NCBI GenBank assembly: GCA_028534125.1
Contig: CM052818.1
Coordinates: forward strand, 5,272,001-5,336,000
DNA length: 64,000 nt
From: Lama glama
Lineage: Eukaryota
Reading direction: 5' to 3'
In this document: positions 24,298-35,125 of the stretch, piece after piece
How the letters are laid out: every line of letters starts with the position of its first letter
How positions within the stretch are numbered: position 1 is the first letter of the stretch
Notes under the pieces: generated by a model
What the model was told of the DNA's origin: nothing
What the model saw: only the letters and a program-made list of their open reading frames with translations
Databases searched by the model: none
Position numbers and translations under genes: made by a program

Positions 24298-24700
24298 CAT
24301 GGCAGATGCTGCCAGTTGTCTATTCAGAATCCACTCTTCCTCTCTTTCTTACTCATAGAACCTGGGTTTATTCTCGACCAGCATCTGGCTAAAATATTCT
24401 GCTTCCCCGTCTCTCTCACAACCACTGATGTCAATGAGATATAAACAGGATTCATTGTGTGGGAATTCCTGGAAAATTCCTTAAACTACTGACTTTGGAG
24501 TTTGCTCTTTGTCTCCAACCCCCATTTCTCTTTCTGTGCAGAATACAGATTTGATGGCTGGGGTAGCAACCGCCATCTTGAACAATGTCCTTTGAGGCTG
24601 GAAGCCCTCCAAGGACTTCCAATCCTGGACACAGGTATGAATCTCTATTCCGTGTGGGGCTTTTCTGTTGAGTACAGCTTAATCTATTCTAAGCGATACA
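24298..24700 (+). mobile_element. MaLR LTR (MLT1J-like)
   Basis: 'tggcagatgctgcc', 'caatgagatataaacagga', 'tgatggctggggtagcaaccgccatcttga', end 'ctattctaagcgataca'. Confidence 0.7.
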
Positions 24701-24789
24701 GACGGATAAAAACAAGTGTCTATTTAGGTCGATTTATAAATCTTTAACATTTCTTTATGCCATATCTCCTGCCTCAAGAGTTTGACCCT

Positions 24790-24910
24790 TTAGAATCATA
24801 AATTTTCGAGCTAAAAGACATCTTCAAGAACAAGCAGGCAAAATCCCTCATCTTATAAGTAAGACACGACCCAAAGCAGTTCAGTGATTTACCCAAGACC
24901 CTGCCAGGAG
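24790..24910 (-). mobile_element. MIR3-like fragment
   Basis: 'agaatcataaattttcgagctaaaagacatctt...tccctcatcttataag...agtgatttacccaag'. Confidence 0.65.
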
Positions 24911-25179
24911 TTACTTATGAAGTATCCATTATTATCAGCATTCATCAAGCACACATTGTTATGCCTGTCAATGAGACACTTTCCAGAAACCAGGAGGTCA
25001 GCCTTCCTTCCAGGACATTTATGTGTCTCTCAGTGCATTGTCTTTCCTTATGTAAATCTACAGAGAAGTGTAGATCTAATGTATACTTAAATGACAAAAA
25101 TACTAGGGAGAGAAGCTTGCCTTTTTAAGCCCTACCCTACCTCCCATCACAAACGCTGGCTGACAGCATCAATGATCGT

Positions 25180-26160
25180 TTTGATTCCGTTCGCGTGAGC
25201 GGGAGCGCATGTTTGCGCCTGCGCGGACGTGCGCGCGTGCGTCCTTCCAAGAGAGCGAGTCCAGCGTGAAAGCCGTTTTCAGAGAAAGCATTTCAAACTG
25301 CTGAAGGAGAATGATGCCTGACAAGCATTTCTTTTATTGAATAATCCGGTTTACAAGTGCTCCCCGACAGACGGAGGGGACTCGACTCGGTTAAAAATAT
25401 GACAACCACAATCAAAGCCCAGATGGAAAGGGTGCTGTGAATCAGGGATGAGACGGTTCCTCCTCAAGGAGCCCGGCCATCAGAGTAGGTCCTCTGGTCT
25501 GGATCTGCCTTTCGGGGCCCAGGGGAGGGCGGGTGGAAGGCGGGGGTTGCTGAGTTGCCCTGAGTACTTGGCAAGACCTGCTCCTCGTGCCTGTCTGGAA
25601 GATTCTGAGGCCCTGCGGCCTGGGTGCAGACTGACAGCTGAGAGTGAATCACCAGAGCGGTTGGGAGAAGGCCCCTGAGTAGCCACCTTGCCTGCCTCGC
25701 AGATCCTTACAGGGAATGGAGTCACGCTGGGGCACTTTTGTCTTAGCAATTGCTGCTGAGATCCACCATTGCGGCGATCCGTGGGGACTCGCTGAAAAGG
25801 TTAACGGCGTCTGTCAGATTTACAGGGTACAACAAGGAAGTTGGCACATTCCCCGGTGCAAGGTGTAATGTCACCTGTGTGGGCTGAGCCGTCCACATTC
25901 ATTACCATTCATTGGCCAAATGGCCCAGGTTTTAACCAGCCTCGGAATGTAATCCGTCAACAGTTGCACATCCACAGCCAGAGGAGCGGCGAGAGGGCTG
26001 GGAAGAGAGGAGACCGCGGCGCTGGCGCCCTGTGCTCGCTCGCACCCGGGCCTTTTGAGGAAGCGCGCAGCGCTCGGTGCCCGCGATGGAACGTGCAGAC
26101 AGCGCAAGGCCGAGGTGAAAAGCAACACCCGGGCCCTGTCGTGCAACTCTTGAAAAATAA
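25180..26160. promoter_or_regulatory. CpG-rich patches (weak or orphan CpG island-like)
   Basis: Hand count of about 16 CpG in 25181-25280 and about 20 CpG in 25981-26150. NRF1-like TGCGCCTGCGC at 25214-25224. Not repeat-derived as far as I can recognise. Confidence 0.55.
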
Positions 26161-27342
26161 CTTCATTAACACACCCACAGGCATCCCACCCTAGCTCCGT
26201 GTGAAAGCTGTTGTGTCTCACCCACTCCTTACACGGAGTTTTCAAAAAGCTGTTCGGATTTGTGTAAATATGTGACTATAATTGGCTTTCCAATTCACAG
26301 CTTATCAAAGGCAGAAAGGGTGGGAGGATGCTCGCCGACATTTCAAAGACAATACGAACATTTGATGCAATGGTCTATGATTCTCCCCAGTGTTTTTAAC
26401 CCGCGATTGGAGAAACAGATGGTTAGATTTTCTAGGAAGCTTAAAACAGAAGCCAAGCTAATACAAAACTGCTCAGCTATCAGACGGGGCAAATCCATTC
26501 TGTCGCTTTTTTTTTTCCCCCCAAATCACAACCCATCAGAGGAAGGATTTAGCTTCACAAAAAGATATTTACCAGGAAGCTTTCTGCAGAAGAGAAGGGC
26601 ATGCTTTGTTAAACCAGATGCATTTTATTTTTCCTGGAACAAAGATTTATGAAAGCCGTATGCTCATATTTCTCCATATACAGTAATTGGAACTCATTAT
26701 GCTAATTGTATTTCCATTATCACTAATTAACAATCAGAGTGACCTGGCCCACAGTCTAATTTGTCTTTAATCTGTTTTTGTATAGGGAGCTTTACCGCGT
26801 AATTTCAAGGTGATAATTCTATTCAGTGCAACTTCAGAAATTGCAGAAGGTAACACTTGGGATGCTCGATGCTGGCCTCCTGCAACTCTTCAGGGTAGAA
26901 CGGGGAAGCAAGTAGATGTACCTGCATGTGCCCTCTCAATGGTGAAGCAGTGGCCTTGCCTGTGATGAGAGTATCCTTTATAATTCTTGCTCAGATCGAA
27001 CGTCCAATCACATCAACGGGAGAGTTGCCCATACTCAATCTCCAGCTCCCAATTTACAATACGTAACACATAGCCTCAGAAGCAGTTGACATTTGCTGTC
27101 ATCAAGAAGGAAAATGGATGCTTCCAGTACCTTCTAAGGATTAGTTAACACCTCACAAATATTTCCCTGTGACAAATCTTTTGTAAAAGGAGAAGTGACA
27201 GGTTTGGATGATCACAGAACTCGCTTCTCATAAAAATGAGACATCGAAGGGAGAGATGCGATACATTCATGGTATCCTCTCTCACGGGATATTATTATTT
27301 ATCAGGCAAATTGATAGCAGGGGGAGGGCACGGGGGGAAGGG

Positions 27343-27702
27343 AAATGGATTTGGAGACCAAAGTTCTGAGATCAAGTTCAATTCCATGGCTTAACAGAAA
27401 GCACCACTCTCTCTGAACTTCTATTTCTTCATCTTTAAGATGGAGATAACACATATGAGCCAAGTCATTGAGACAGTATCAAATTGTGGGTAAGAGTGAG
27501 GACTTGGGAATTAGACTGAGTTCAAATTTGGACTCTACCTCATATTAGCTGGTAGCCTTAGGGAAATCTTTGGTTTCCTAAATGTATTTGAAAAGGGGAA
27601 AATAATAATTCCTTCCTACAGAGCTGTTTTGAGATTAACTAATCAATATTAATATGTATAAAATGTTTGCCCAATCCCTGGCACGTGGTAAGCATACAAC
27701 AA
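27343..27702 (+). mobile_element. Two tandem MIR fragments
   Basis: 'ctctctgaacttctatttcttcatctttaagatggagataa' and 'agactgagttcaaatttggactctacc...cctggcacgtggtaagc'. Confidence 0.75.
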
Positions 27703-30613
27703 GGCTACCTCTGGTGTGGACAGAGTAGTAAACAAGAAAACATTCTACAGGGATGAGGTTGTGATGAGTGCCAGTCAGTGAGATGTGCTGTTTCATTCTG
27801 GGGGCTGAAGTAAACATTACCACCCTGACCCACTGGCAAGAAAAGTCTTCTATTGGGAAGGACTGAACATCATGCTGGAAGCGAGAGGAATAAAGGAGAG
27901 AGTCCACTAAGAAGACTACACATGAGAAATTAATTTTAGGAAATATGCCTCTGTGGTCCTAAGAAACCTTGAAGATTTCAGATCCATCTCCTCATATGCT
28001 GACTTCTAATCTGAGTAAGCAGTGCTCCAAATAGCTTCTAGTCTTGTGGGTTCCACCAGCTCTATCTTCACAGCCGGATTGACCTGACGTCCCTTTGTGT
28101 GACGTTCAGAGTGCCACAAAAGTCAACAACTTTGAGGACTTTCGGGAAAACAAATGAAGCCTTTCTGTGATCTCCCATTCCCACTGCTACCCTGTCCTCT
28201 GCCAACACTTGAGAACCAGGTGGACCCCCATGCCTCTTCTTCTGCGGAATGCCTAGAGTTTTCATGTTCTCGGGAAATCCTGTTTCTTAATCTGGCCTCT
28301 CCTGCTTGACTAGGAGATTTTTCTCAATCCAGGGTCAGATACAGTTATAGCTCTATAACATACTCTGGTTTCACACGCTCAAAAAAAAAAAAAGTGTTTG
28401 GTTTTCCTTGTCTGTGGCATAAATCATAGAGTATCACCTAATCAACAAAACAGTCTTAATCAGTGCTTCACCGTCTGGCTTTCCGTGACAATTCCAACTC
28501 CCCGTTGACGTTTTCCATCTTCCCTTCTGTTAGACCAGATGGCGTATGTTCTAGCCTCTTTATTATCTTTTTCTGACCATTGTACTCGGCCCAAAGATCA
28601 TTGTAGGAAACTCCGCTACGCCGTCAGCAGCAGTGGCCCCGCCCCGCCTGGTTCTACATCGTGGTGGTTCAGTCAGCCTTTGCGGATGCCTCTCCTTTTC
28701 CAAATCTGAGCTTTCTCACAAAGTCACTGACTGGCTAGCTCATAATTATTCAATAACACAACCACTTCGGTCTTCACACATCAAGTGTGTGAAGCTTTCT
28801 TCTTTGGGGAGAAGCAGAGTCCAACCGGATTCTTTCCCACCTGGCATGCATCTCTCTCACAAGGAGAGTTTGAATTCAGCATCTACCAATAATCACTGCG
28901 TCTCTCTTCCTACTGAGTTAAGAAAGGGAAAGGTGCCATCACCCCTTCATGCTGAGGAGGCTGGACCATTAGGTTTTCCTCACACACAACATCACAGCTT
29001 AATTATATTCATCTTTCTAGTCTTCCATTTATCTTTCTGTAGGAGTCAGAATGCACTTAAAAAATGAAAATAACTGACATCTGAATGTCAGTGGCACTGT
29101 GGCTTGAAAAGAAGACAATTGGGAGTCAATTAAATCTGTGGATCATTTTAAAAGTGATCATCAAACCAACCCTTTTTCTGCCATGTGTGTGTGTGTGTGA
29201 GAAACTACCAGGACCAAATCCCAAATTCATTCCAAGATAACAAGATCATTTTCATAGAAATCATTTAAAAACCATATCCTTAAACAAGCTGGTTTTCTGG
29301 ACTTTATTCTGATCACTCCAAAACACAATTTCACATAATACAATGAGTAGGAAATATAACAGTTACATGGAGTTGAAAGAGAGCTTCAGAATCTAAACTC
29401 CAAGGAATGCACGTCAGTCACCGAGTGGATGGCTCTGCTCACTTGGCACCATTTTTCTGTGCTATCTGACAGAACTGAAAATCACAGCGCGGAGAGATTT
29501 TATCACAAAGGATTTTCAATTTGTTGTTTAGGAAGATAGATCTGCAAGTATCCTCTTTATCCCTAATGACTATAGAATGTAAATAATCCTGTGATAACCA
29601 TATTTCATGTAAATTTTATCTCTGGAAGAGGTAGATTTCTTCCTAGGAGATTTCTTTTATTCTGTTTCTCTCTGACCAGCAAGCACAGAACATGCATGAT
29701 CCCTTGGCTCAAATGGAGCCCAGTAAACTCACAGCTTTGCTCATTGTGGGCCATCTCATCACAAGGTTGCGTCAGCTATATTGCCTTACCAGAATAATGT
29801 CTCTCACCTTTCCATCCTGACTCCATGTAAAGGATTTCCGAGAGCACACGTAATCCAAGTTTGAATCTTAAAGCATCTTTTAAACCACAGACAAAAGATA
29901 TAACCATTAAGCTATTGCTAAAGTTTCCTGTTTTCCACTTGCCTCCTTGACCGTAACTCAGTTACGTCAAGAAAAAAAACAACCAGAAGTGTTTTTTGGG
30001 GGGAAAAAAAAACAATCAGAGGTGTTTTTTCCCCTCTCCAGAAATTTAGGCCAATACTACAGGATGCAAATTTTACCCCAAGCACTATTTCTATAGAGGC
30101 TAATGTGGTTAACTTCTTCCCTGATTCTCAGCAGAGACTTTACATAATTCTTACTTTATTGGTGAGGTTTCTAGGATTCAGGACACTTTCAGCTCCCCCT
30201 TTTCTATTCAGGAGGAGGAACGGAAATGTTAGATTCCACAATTGCTGACTGTATTACTGTTTCCCATTTGCATACTGTCTGATGATCTGCACGCAGGGGC
30301 AGCCAGAAGGTCTCAGAATCCTCTCCCTCTAAAACCATTTCCCTGATGATAAGGCTTCCCATAAGCATGGCTGGGGAAAACGGGTTAGACTGGATTTCTG
30401 AAACTGTTTCAGGAAACATCTTCCAGATTGAGCAATACATTCCAGGCTTTAATAAAGCATCTAAAAGGTCTCATTTTCCTGAAGTCACACACAAGAAAAA
30501 CTCCCAGCATCTCCCCTTTCTCCTATACTCCCCAGTGTCTTCCGCCTGCACACACTAATCTTGAACGTAGTTATAATGGGAACTCTTCCAAAAGATGTTG
30601 ATTGTCCTTCTTT

Positions 30614-30729
30614 CTTTTCTCTATTTTAACTGAAGTATAGGTGTTTCACAATATTATGTTAGTTTCAGGTAGACAACATAGTGACCCCACATTGTTGTAG
30701 ATTCCTCATCATACAAAGCTGTTATGAAA
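30614..30729 (-). mobile_element. 5'-truncated L1 3' end with TSD
   Basis: 'tttaactgaagtataggtgtttcacaatattatgttagtttcaggtagacaacatagtga'. 15-bp TSD tga(t/c)tgtccttcttt at 30599-30613 and 30730-30744 (1 mismatch). Confidence 0.85.
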
Positions 30730-31254
30730 TGACTGTCCTTCTTTGTTTTACATACCATCAAGCGTAATTTACATATTATCTTTTTTTAATTACAGTTTTT
30801 TAAATTTCTTTCAATGTCATTCTTACTCCAAGTACAATGAAAAACTTAATTAATTTACCCAAGACTTCAAAAGGATTTTTTTAAAAATATGATCTCCAGG
30901 TTGTTTATAATTTCAAATCTTTTACGCTTTTCATGGTTTCATTGTTACCCAAAGTACAAAGCAAAACTGACCAGGGTAGTTTAGCCAGGACCTCTACTGG
31001 CTCCCTAAACAGGCTTCATGTTCTATTTAGTACATCCCTTTGGAATTATATTTCTTGGGGAGACTTCCCCCGCTGTCTGCCATACACGCTGCCTTTGAGG
31101 CCTGAGCCTCCAAATTTGAAAACCGGGTGGATGTGAGGGTCCCCAGTGTGAATCTCATGAAATGGGGTGTGATGTGTTTCTGACAAGGGTGGTTGATTTC
31201 AACAGCACGCAAGATTAGGTGCTACCCTATTGGTGCCAAGTGAATAAAGGTGTT

Positions 31255-31645
31255 TGCTTCATTCTCTCACTCATGTATCCATTCACCAAGCTCATACTTA
31301 TGAAATAAGCCTGTATGAGATAATCCCCTTGTAAGCTCTTGGGATGTGGGCTGATTAAGATACAGTTACTGACCCCAAGGGACACATAGTTTCGATGAAG
31401 AGACCACAGTTAAATGACTAAATATAAGTTTATGAGAGCAGAGATGTTGTCAGTCTTTATAAACAGCTGTCACAGTGCCTGGAAGTGCCTGGTACATCAA
31501 AAGTGCTCAGTGAATATTTGTTGAATAAACCAATGACTAACAGGGCATAATAATGGCAGGGGCTTAATCTCCCTTTTCACTGTTAGATCCTCAGCACCTA
31601 GAACAGCGCCTAGTTCATAAACGGAATTCAATAAATATTTAGCAC
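31255..31645. mobile_element. Cluster of L2 3'-end fragments (one minus, two plus)
   Basis: 'gtgcctggtacatcaaaagtgctcagtgaatatttgttgaat' and 'cagcacctagaacagcgcctagttcata...tcaataaatattt'. Confidence 0.75.
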
Positions 31646-31689
31646 CAGCAATGTGACTGGCTTCTAACTGGTGTATGATGCTGCTGATA

Positions 31690-31890
31690 GTAATAGTAAT
31701 AATAGTAATAGTAAAGAAAATATATTAGCACTTAGTATGTGCTAGCACACGTTTGAAAAAAAAATTAATGTTCACAGCAATCCTATGGGGTAAGAACTGT
31801 TACTGCCTCCATTTTCAGATGAGGAGAAGTTAAGTCACACAGAGTTAGTATTTAAGGAGCCTAGACTTGAAAGCACATGGTCTGCTTCAA
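31690..31890 (-). mobile_element. MIR
   Basis: 'ttcacagcaatcctatgggg...ctccattttcagatgagga'. Confidence 0.75.
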
Positions 31891-32426
31891 AAATACAGCC
31901 TCTCAAATGCTTTGCTCTCCTGCCGAATGCATGTTTGCACAACTGACTTGGACTCAACTGTGGCCAGATTTTTGAAAGTCTTGAACAGCAGGCTAAATGG
32001 TCTAAAAGTGAGTCTCTGGTTTTTTCCCCTGCTATTCTGGATCCTGCTACTCATAGCTCTCTGGTACATCACAGCTTTAACGCAGATGACTCCACAGCGT
32101 CCTCACTTACTGAATGTTTCTGAGATGTCTTGTAGAAGGATGACTCCGTCGATGGTGTGGAAGAGATAACAAAGAAGGAAAGAACTAAAAACAAAACAGC
32201 CTGGTAAGAGCCTGGAGAAATAGCTTAGCAATAGGAAATTCTCCCAACCAAAGTGAGAGGAGTGAGAATCATGTTCTCGATCACAGACAAAGATTGTCTA
32301 GCTATGGACAGTAAAGGAAGGAAAGACCATGGGACTGGAGGTACCACTGACTGAAATTTTAAAATTGCCCCAGAAGATACCATTTAGGGTAGCACAGCAT
32401 AAGTACAGCTCTTTAAATGTTGACTT

Positions 32427-32585
32427 AGGAGTCACTGAGCCATGGACCAGATGAGGCCCACGACTTGTTTTTGTAAATAAAGTTTTATTAGAACACAGCC
32501 CACATATTGTCTATGGCTCCTTTCCAATTACAACAGCAGTGTTCAGTAGTTGCAATAGAGATCATATGATGCACAGATCTCCAAT
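32427..32585 (+). mobile_element. MER58-like hAT-Charlie MITE
   Basis: 'tgtttttgtaaataaagttttattagaacacagcc...tattgtctatggct...agtagttgcaatagaga'. Confidence 0.8.
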
Positions 32586-33369
32586 ATCATCCCAGTCCAA
32601 AGGTAATGGTTAAATTCAACAGACTGTTAGAAACACTATATTGGGTCCCATGTGCGTGTCCTGGATCTGTTTTTGAAAGTGTGCAAGTATGTTTCTAAAT
32701 GTTCAATTAATGAATTAGTGTTGCTGAACTCTGACAGTGAGACATATGCTTTCAAAACAAAGCCCATGAGAGATGAATTATGCATACATCAACATAGCCT
32801 GAGCAGGGTCCCAAGGCACTCACCCATTATTGATCAATTTAGTTCATTACAACTCAAAAAACATTTATTTAATGCTATTCTCAGGGTTAAATGGACAGTG
32901 ATGAGTACAGGTAAAAATGGAAGTTGGAGGGATAAAATAAAGTCGTAGTTGTGACCTCACTGAGATATGACAATGACCAGAGCAAGGAATGCCATCAAAT
33001 AGAGCCCATTTTCCTTCTCCTACCATATTCTCAGGTTTCTGCCCCTCCTTCCTCTTTGACCCACCTCTAAGGCCACCTGTAAGTCCCTCTTCCTTCCCTG
33101 AATGAGGTGGTGTGAAAAAGCACTTCCGTTCTGGGTCTCTTTTATTACTTCCTAGGGGATCATACTCGTCACGTGATTTTGCTTCTCTGACATCTGTTTT
33201 TTTCTGTTACGTGTTGATAATCTCCTACAAGTTGATTGGCGGGAGGATTCCTGCATCATCTCCAGAGGTCATTTCCAGGTCTAAGATCTCCATTGCTACG
33301 ACTCTGGCTTTACTTTGACACCTCACCTCTTTAACTCCCTTGAAACGTTCTATTTACATTAATATCTCA

Positions 33370-33811
33370 TGTAGTGGGTCAAATGTGTACCCCAAAAGAC
33401 ATGTGGGAGATGTGATCTTATTCCAAGTGAGTCTTTGCAGATGTAGTGAAACTAAAGATCTCAAGATGAGCTCACCCTAGATCGGAGGGGACTCTGAATC
33501 CAGTGAAGGTGTCTGGATAAGAGAAAGAAAAGAAGATGCAGACAGACCCAGGGAAGAAGGCCATGTGAAGACAGAAGCAGAGACTGGAGGGATGTGTCAG
33601 TAAGCCAAGAAACATTAAGGATTGCCCACAGCCACCAGGAGCTAGAAGCAGGGGACAGACTCTTCCTCAGAGCCTCCAAAAAAGGAGCTGACCTTGCCAA
33701 CACCTTGATTCTTTTAATTCTGGCCTCTAGAATTGTGAAAGATAAATTTATGTTGTTTTAAGCCACTAAGTTTGTGGTAATTTGTTACAGCAGCCCTAGG
33801 AATTTGATATA
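33370..33811 (+). mobile_element. MaLR solo LTR (MLT1C-like), near full length
   Basis: Starts tgtagtggg and ends 'ttttaagccactaagtttgtggtaatttgttacagcagccctaggaatttgatata'. 5-bp TSD tctca/tctta. Confidence 0.9.
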
Positions 33812-34049
33812 TCTTATTATATAATTTCAGTTTTCTAATTCTCTGTGCCACTGGATATGAACCATTGCTATCTGCTGCTTTATTTTTTCCTGCTTTAAAG
33901 ATTCCTATAATATTTTGAAAGTAGTTGTTAAGTAATAAGTCACAGACCTTGAGAAAACATTATTTCCCCCAAGGATTGATTCTTTCCTCCTCTTTCTTTT
34001 CTTTTCTTTCTTTTTTCCTTTTCTTTCTTTCTCTTTTCTTCTTTCCTTT

Positions 34050-34149
34050 NNNNNNNNNNNNNNNNNNNNNNNNNNNNNNNNNNNNNNNNNNNNNNNNNNN
34101 NNNNNNNNNNNNNNNNNNNNNNNNNNNNNNNNNNNNNNNNNNNNNNNNN
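34050..34149. other. Assembly gap (100 N) next to a (CTTT)-rich tract
   Basis: Run of N preceded by a polypyrimidine tract from about 33979. Confidence 0.99.
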
Positions 34150-34784
34150 GAATGCCATCTGCTTTGTTTCTAGACTCCAAAACCAGATGATTCATGTGTT
34201 CAGACAATTTTCCCCCTTGAAATTCGGGTTTTAAAATAAGGTGTTTTTCTTTTCAAAAAGAGGCTGATGACTGGCTTTATTTTGGAATTTAAAATGCCCA
34301 GGGTTTATAGATGTTAATTCACATTTATTAGCAAGATTTCATCAATTATGTAATGGATTGTGAAATGTCACTCTTGTGCTTTACTCCCAAAGTAACTACA
34401 TGATATATGCTTAGGAAAATATCATATAATTATAAGGTAATTCTATGTTCTAGGAGAATACTTAGTAATTATACTTAATACTGTAGTTCCAATAGTGATT
34501 ACTATGAAAGCTCATTATAAAAGGCAGAAACAGTCACATATATATACTTAATTATCTCTGCCACAATAGAAGTTAATGTTAATTGAAATGATTTATAGTT
34601 ATTAGGGTAACTCAATTAAAAGTATATACTAGCAGTGATAACCAAACTTCAAAAGAACAGAGTGTCAAATTAGCATCAGAAAACTTAAGGGAGAGTCACC
34701 CTCGACCTAATTCTACCTAATTCTAATTCAGTTTGATTTTTCTTTATCCAGGAAACGCTTCCACTGTTTTCTTCCTACGAGCTT

Positions 34785-34880
34785 ACCCATCTTTGTCTTC
34801 CCAGCACCTAGGACAGTACCTGGCATCTGGAAATACTCCATGAATATATACTAAATGAGTGAGTCAATAAATCAATAACT
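34785..34880 (+). mobile_element. L2 3' end
   Basis: 'atctttgtcttcccagcacctaggacagtacctggcat...aatgagtgagt'. Confidence 0.75.
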
Positions 34881-34944
34881 TGTAATGTTTGTTTGCTCCT
34901 TCTAAAATTAGATGAGATTCCCAAGTAGATGGTGAGATTCTAAA

Positions 34945-35125
34945 TTGATGCTCTTAATATTTTGGGGTCATTGACCTCGCTGAGTATATGATATAAAAGT
35001 GCCTGCCCTTCCTCAGGAAAGTGTGTGTAAACACAAGGTTTTGCAAACATTTGCAGGATGTCCAAGGACGGCCCCCCCCACCCCCCGCGAAACCCATTCA
35101 TGGAGCTCAAGGTAAGAACAATAAC
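34945..35125 (-). mobile_element. MER117-like hAT MITE
   Basis: 'tcttaatatttttggggtcattgacc...ttttgcaaacatttgcagg...aaacccattcatggagctcaaggtaagaac', with degenerate terminal inverted repeats. Confidence 0.6.

Noticed and set aside
25448..26652. Several ORFs of 62-130 aa on both strands
   Set aside because: Most are explained by local GC richness. There is no recognisable homology or exon structure, and several use non-ATG starts.
28633..29067. Longest ORF (144 aa)
   Set aside because: It has a GTG start and no recognisable domain, and its length is within chance for 64 kb.
29073..29092. Inverted TGACA pairs (also 36086-36104)
   Set aside because: Arms of 7-8 bp are expected several times by chance in 64 kb.
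33461..34207. ORFs at and near the gap
   Set aside because: They are antisense MLT1 translation and N-run or low-complexity artefacts.
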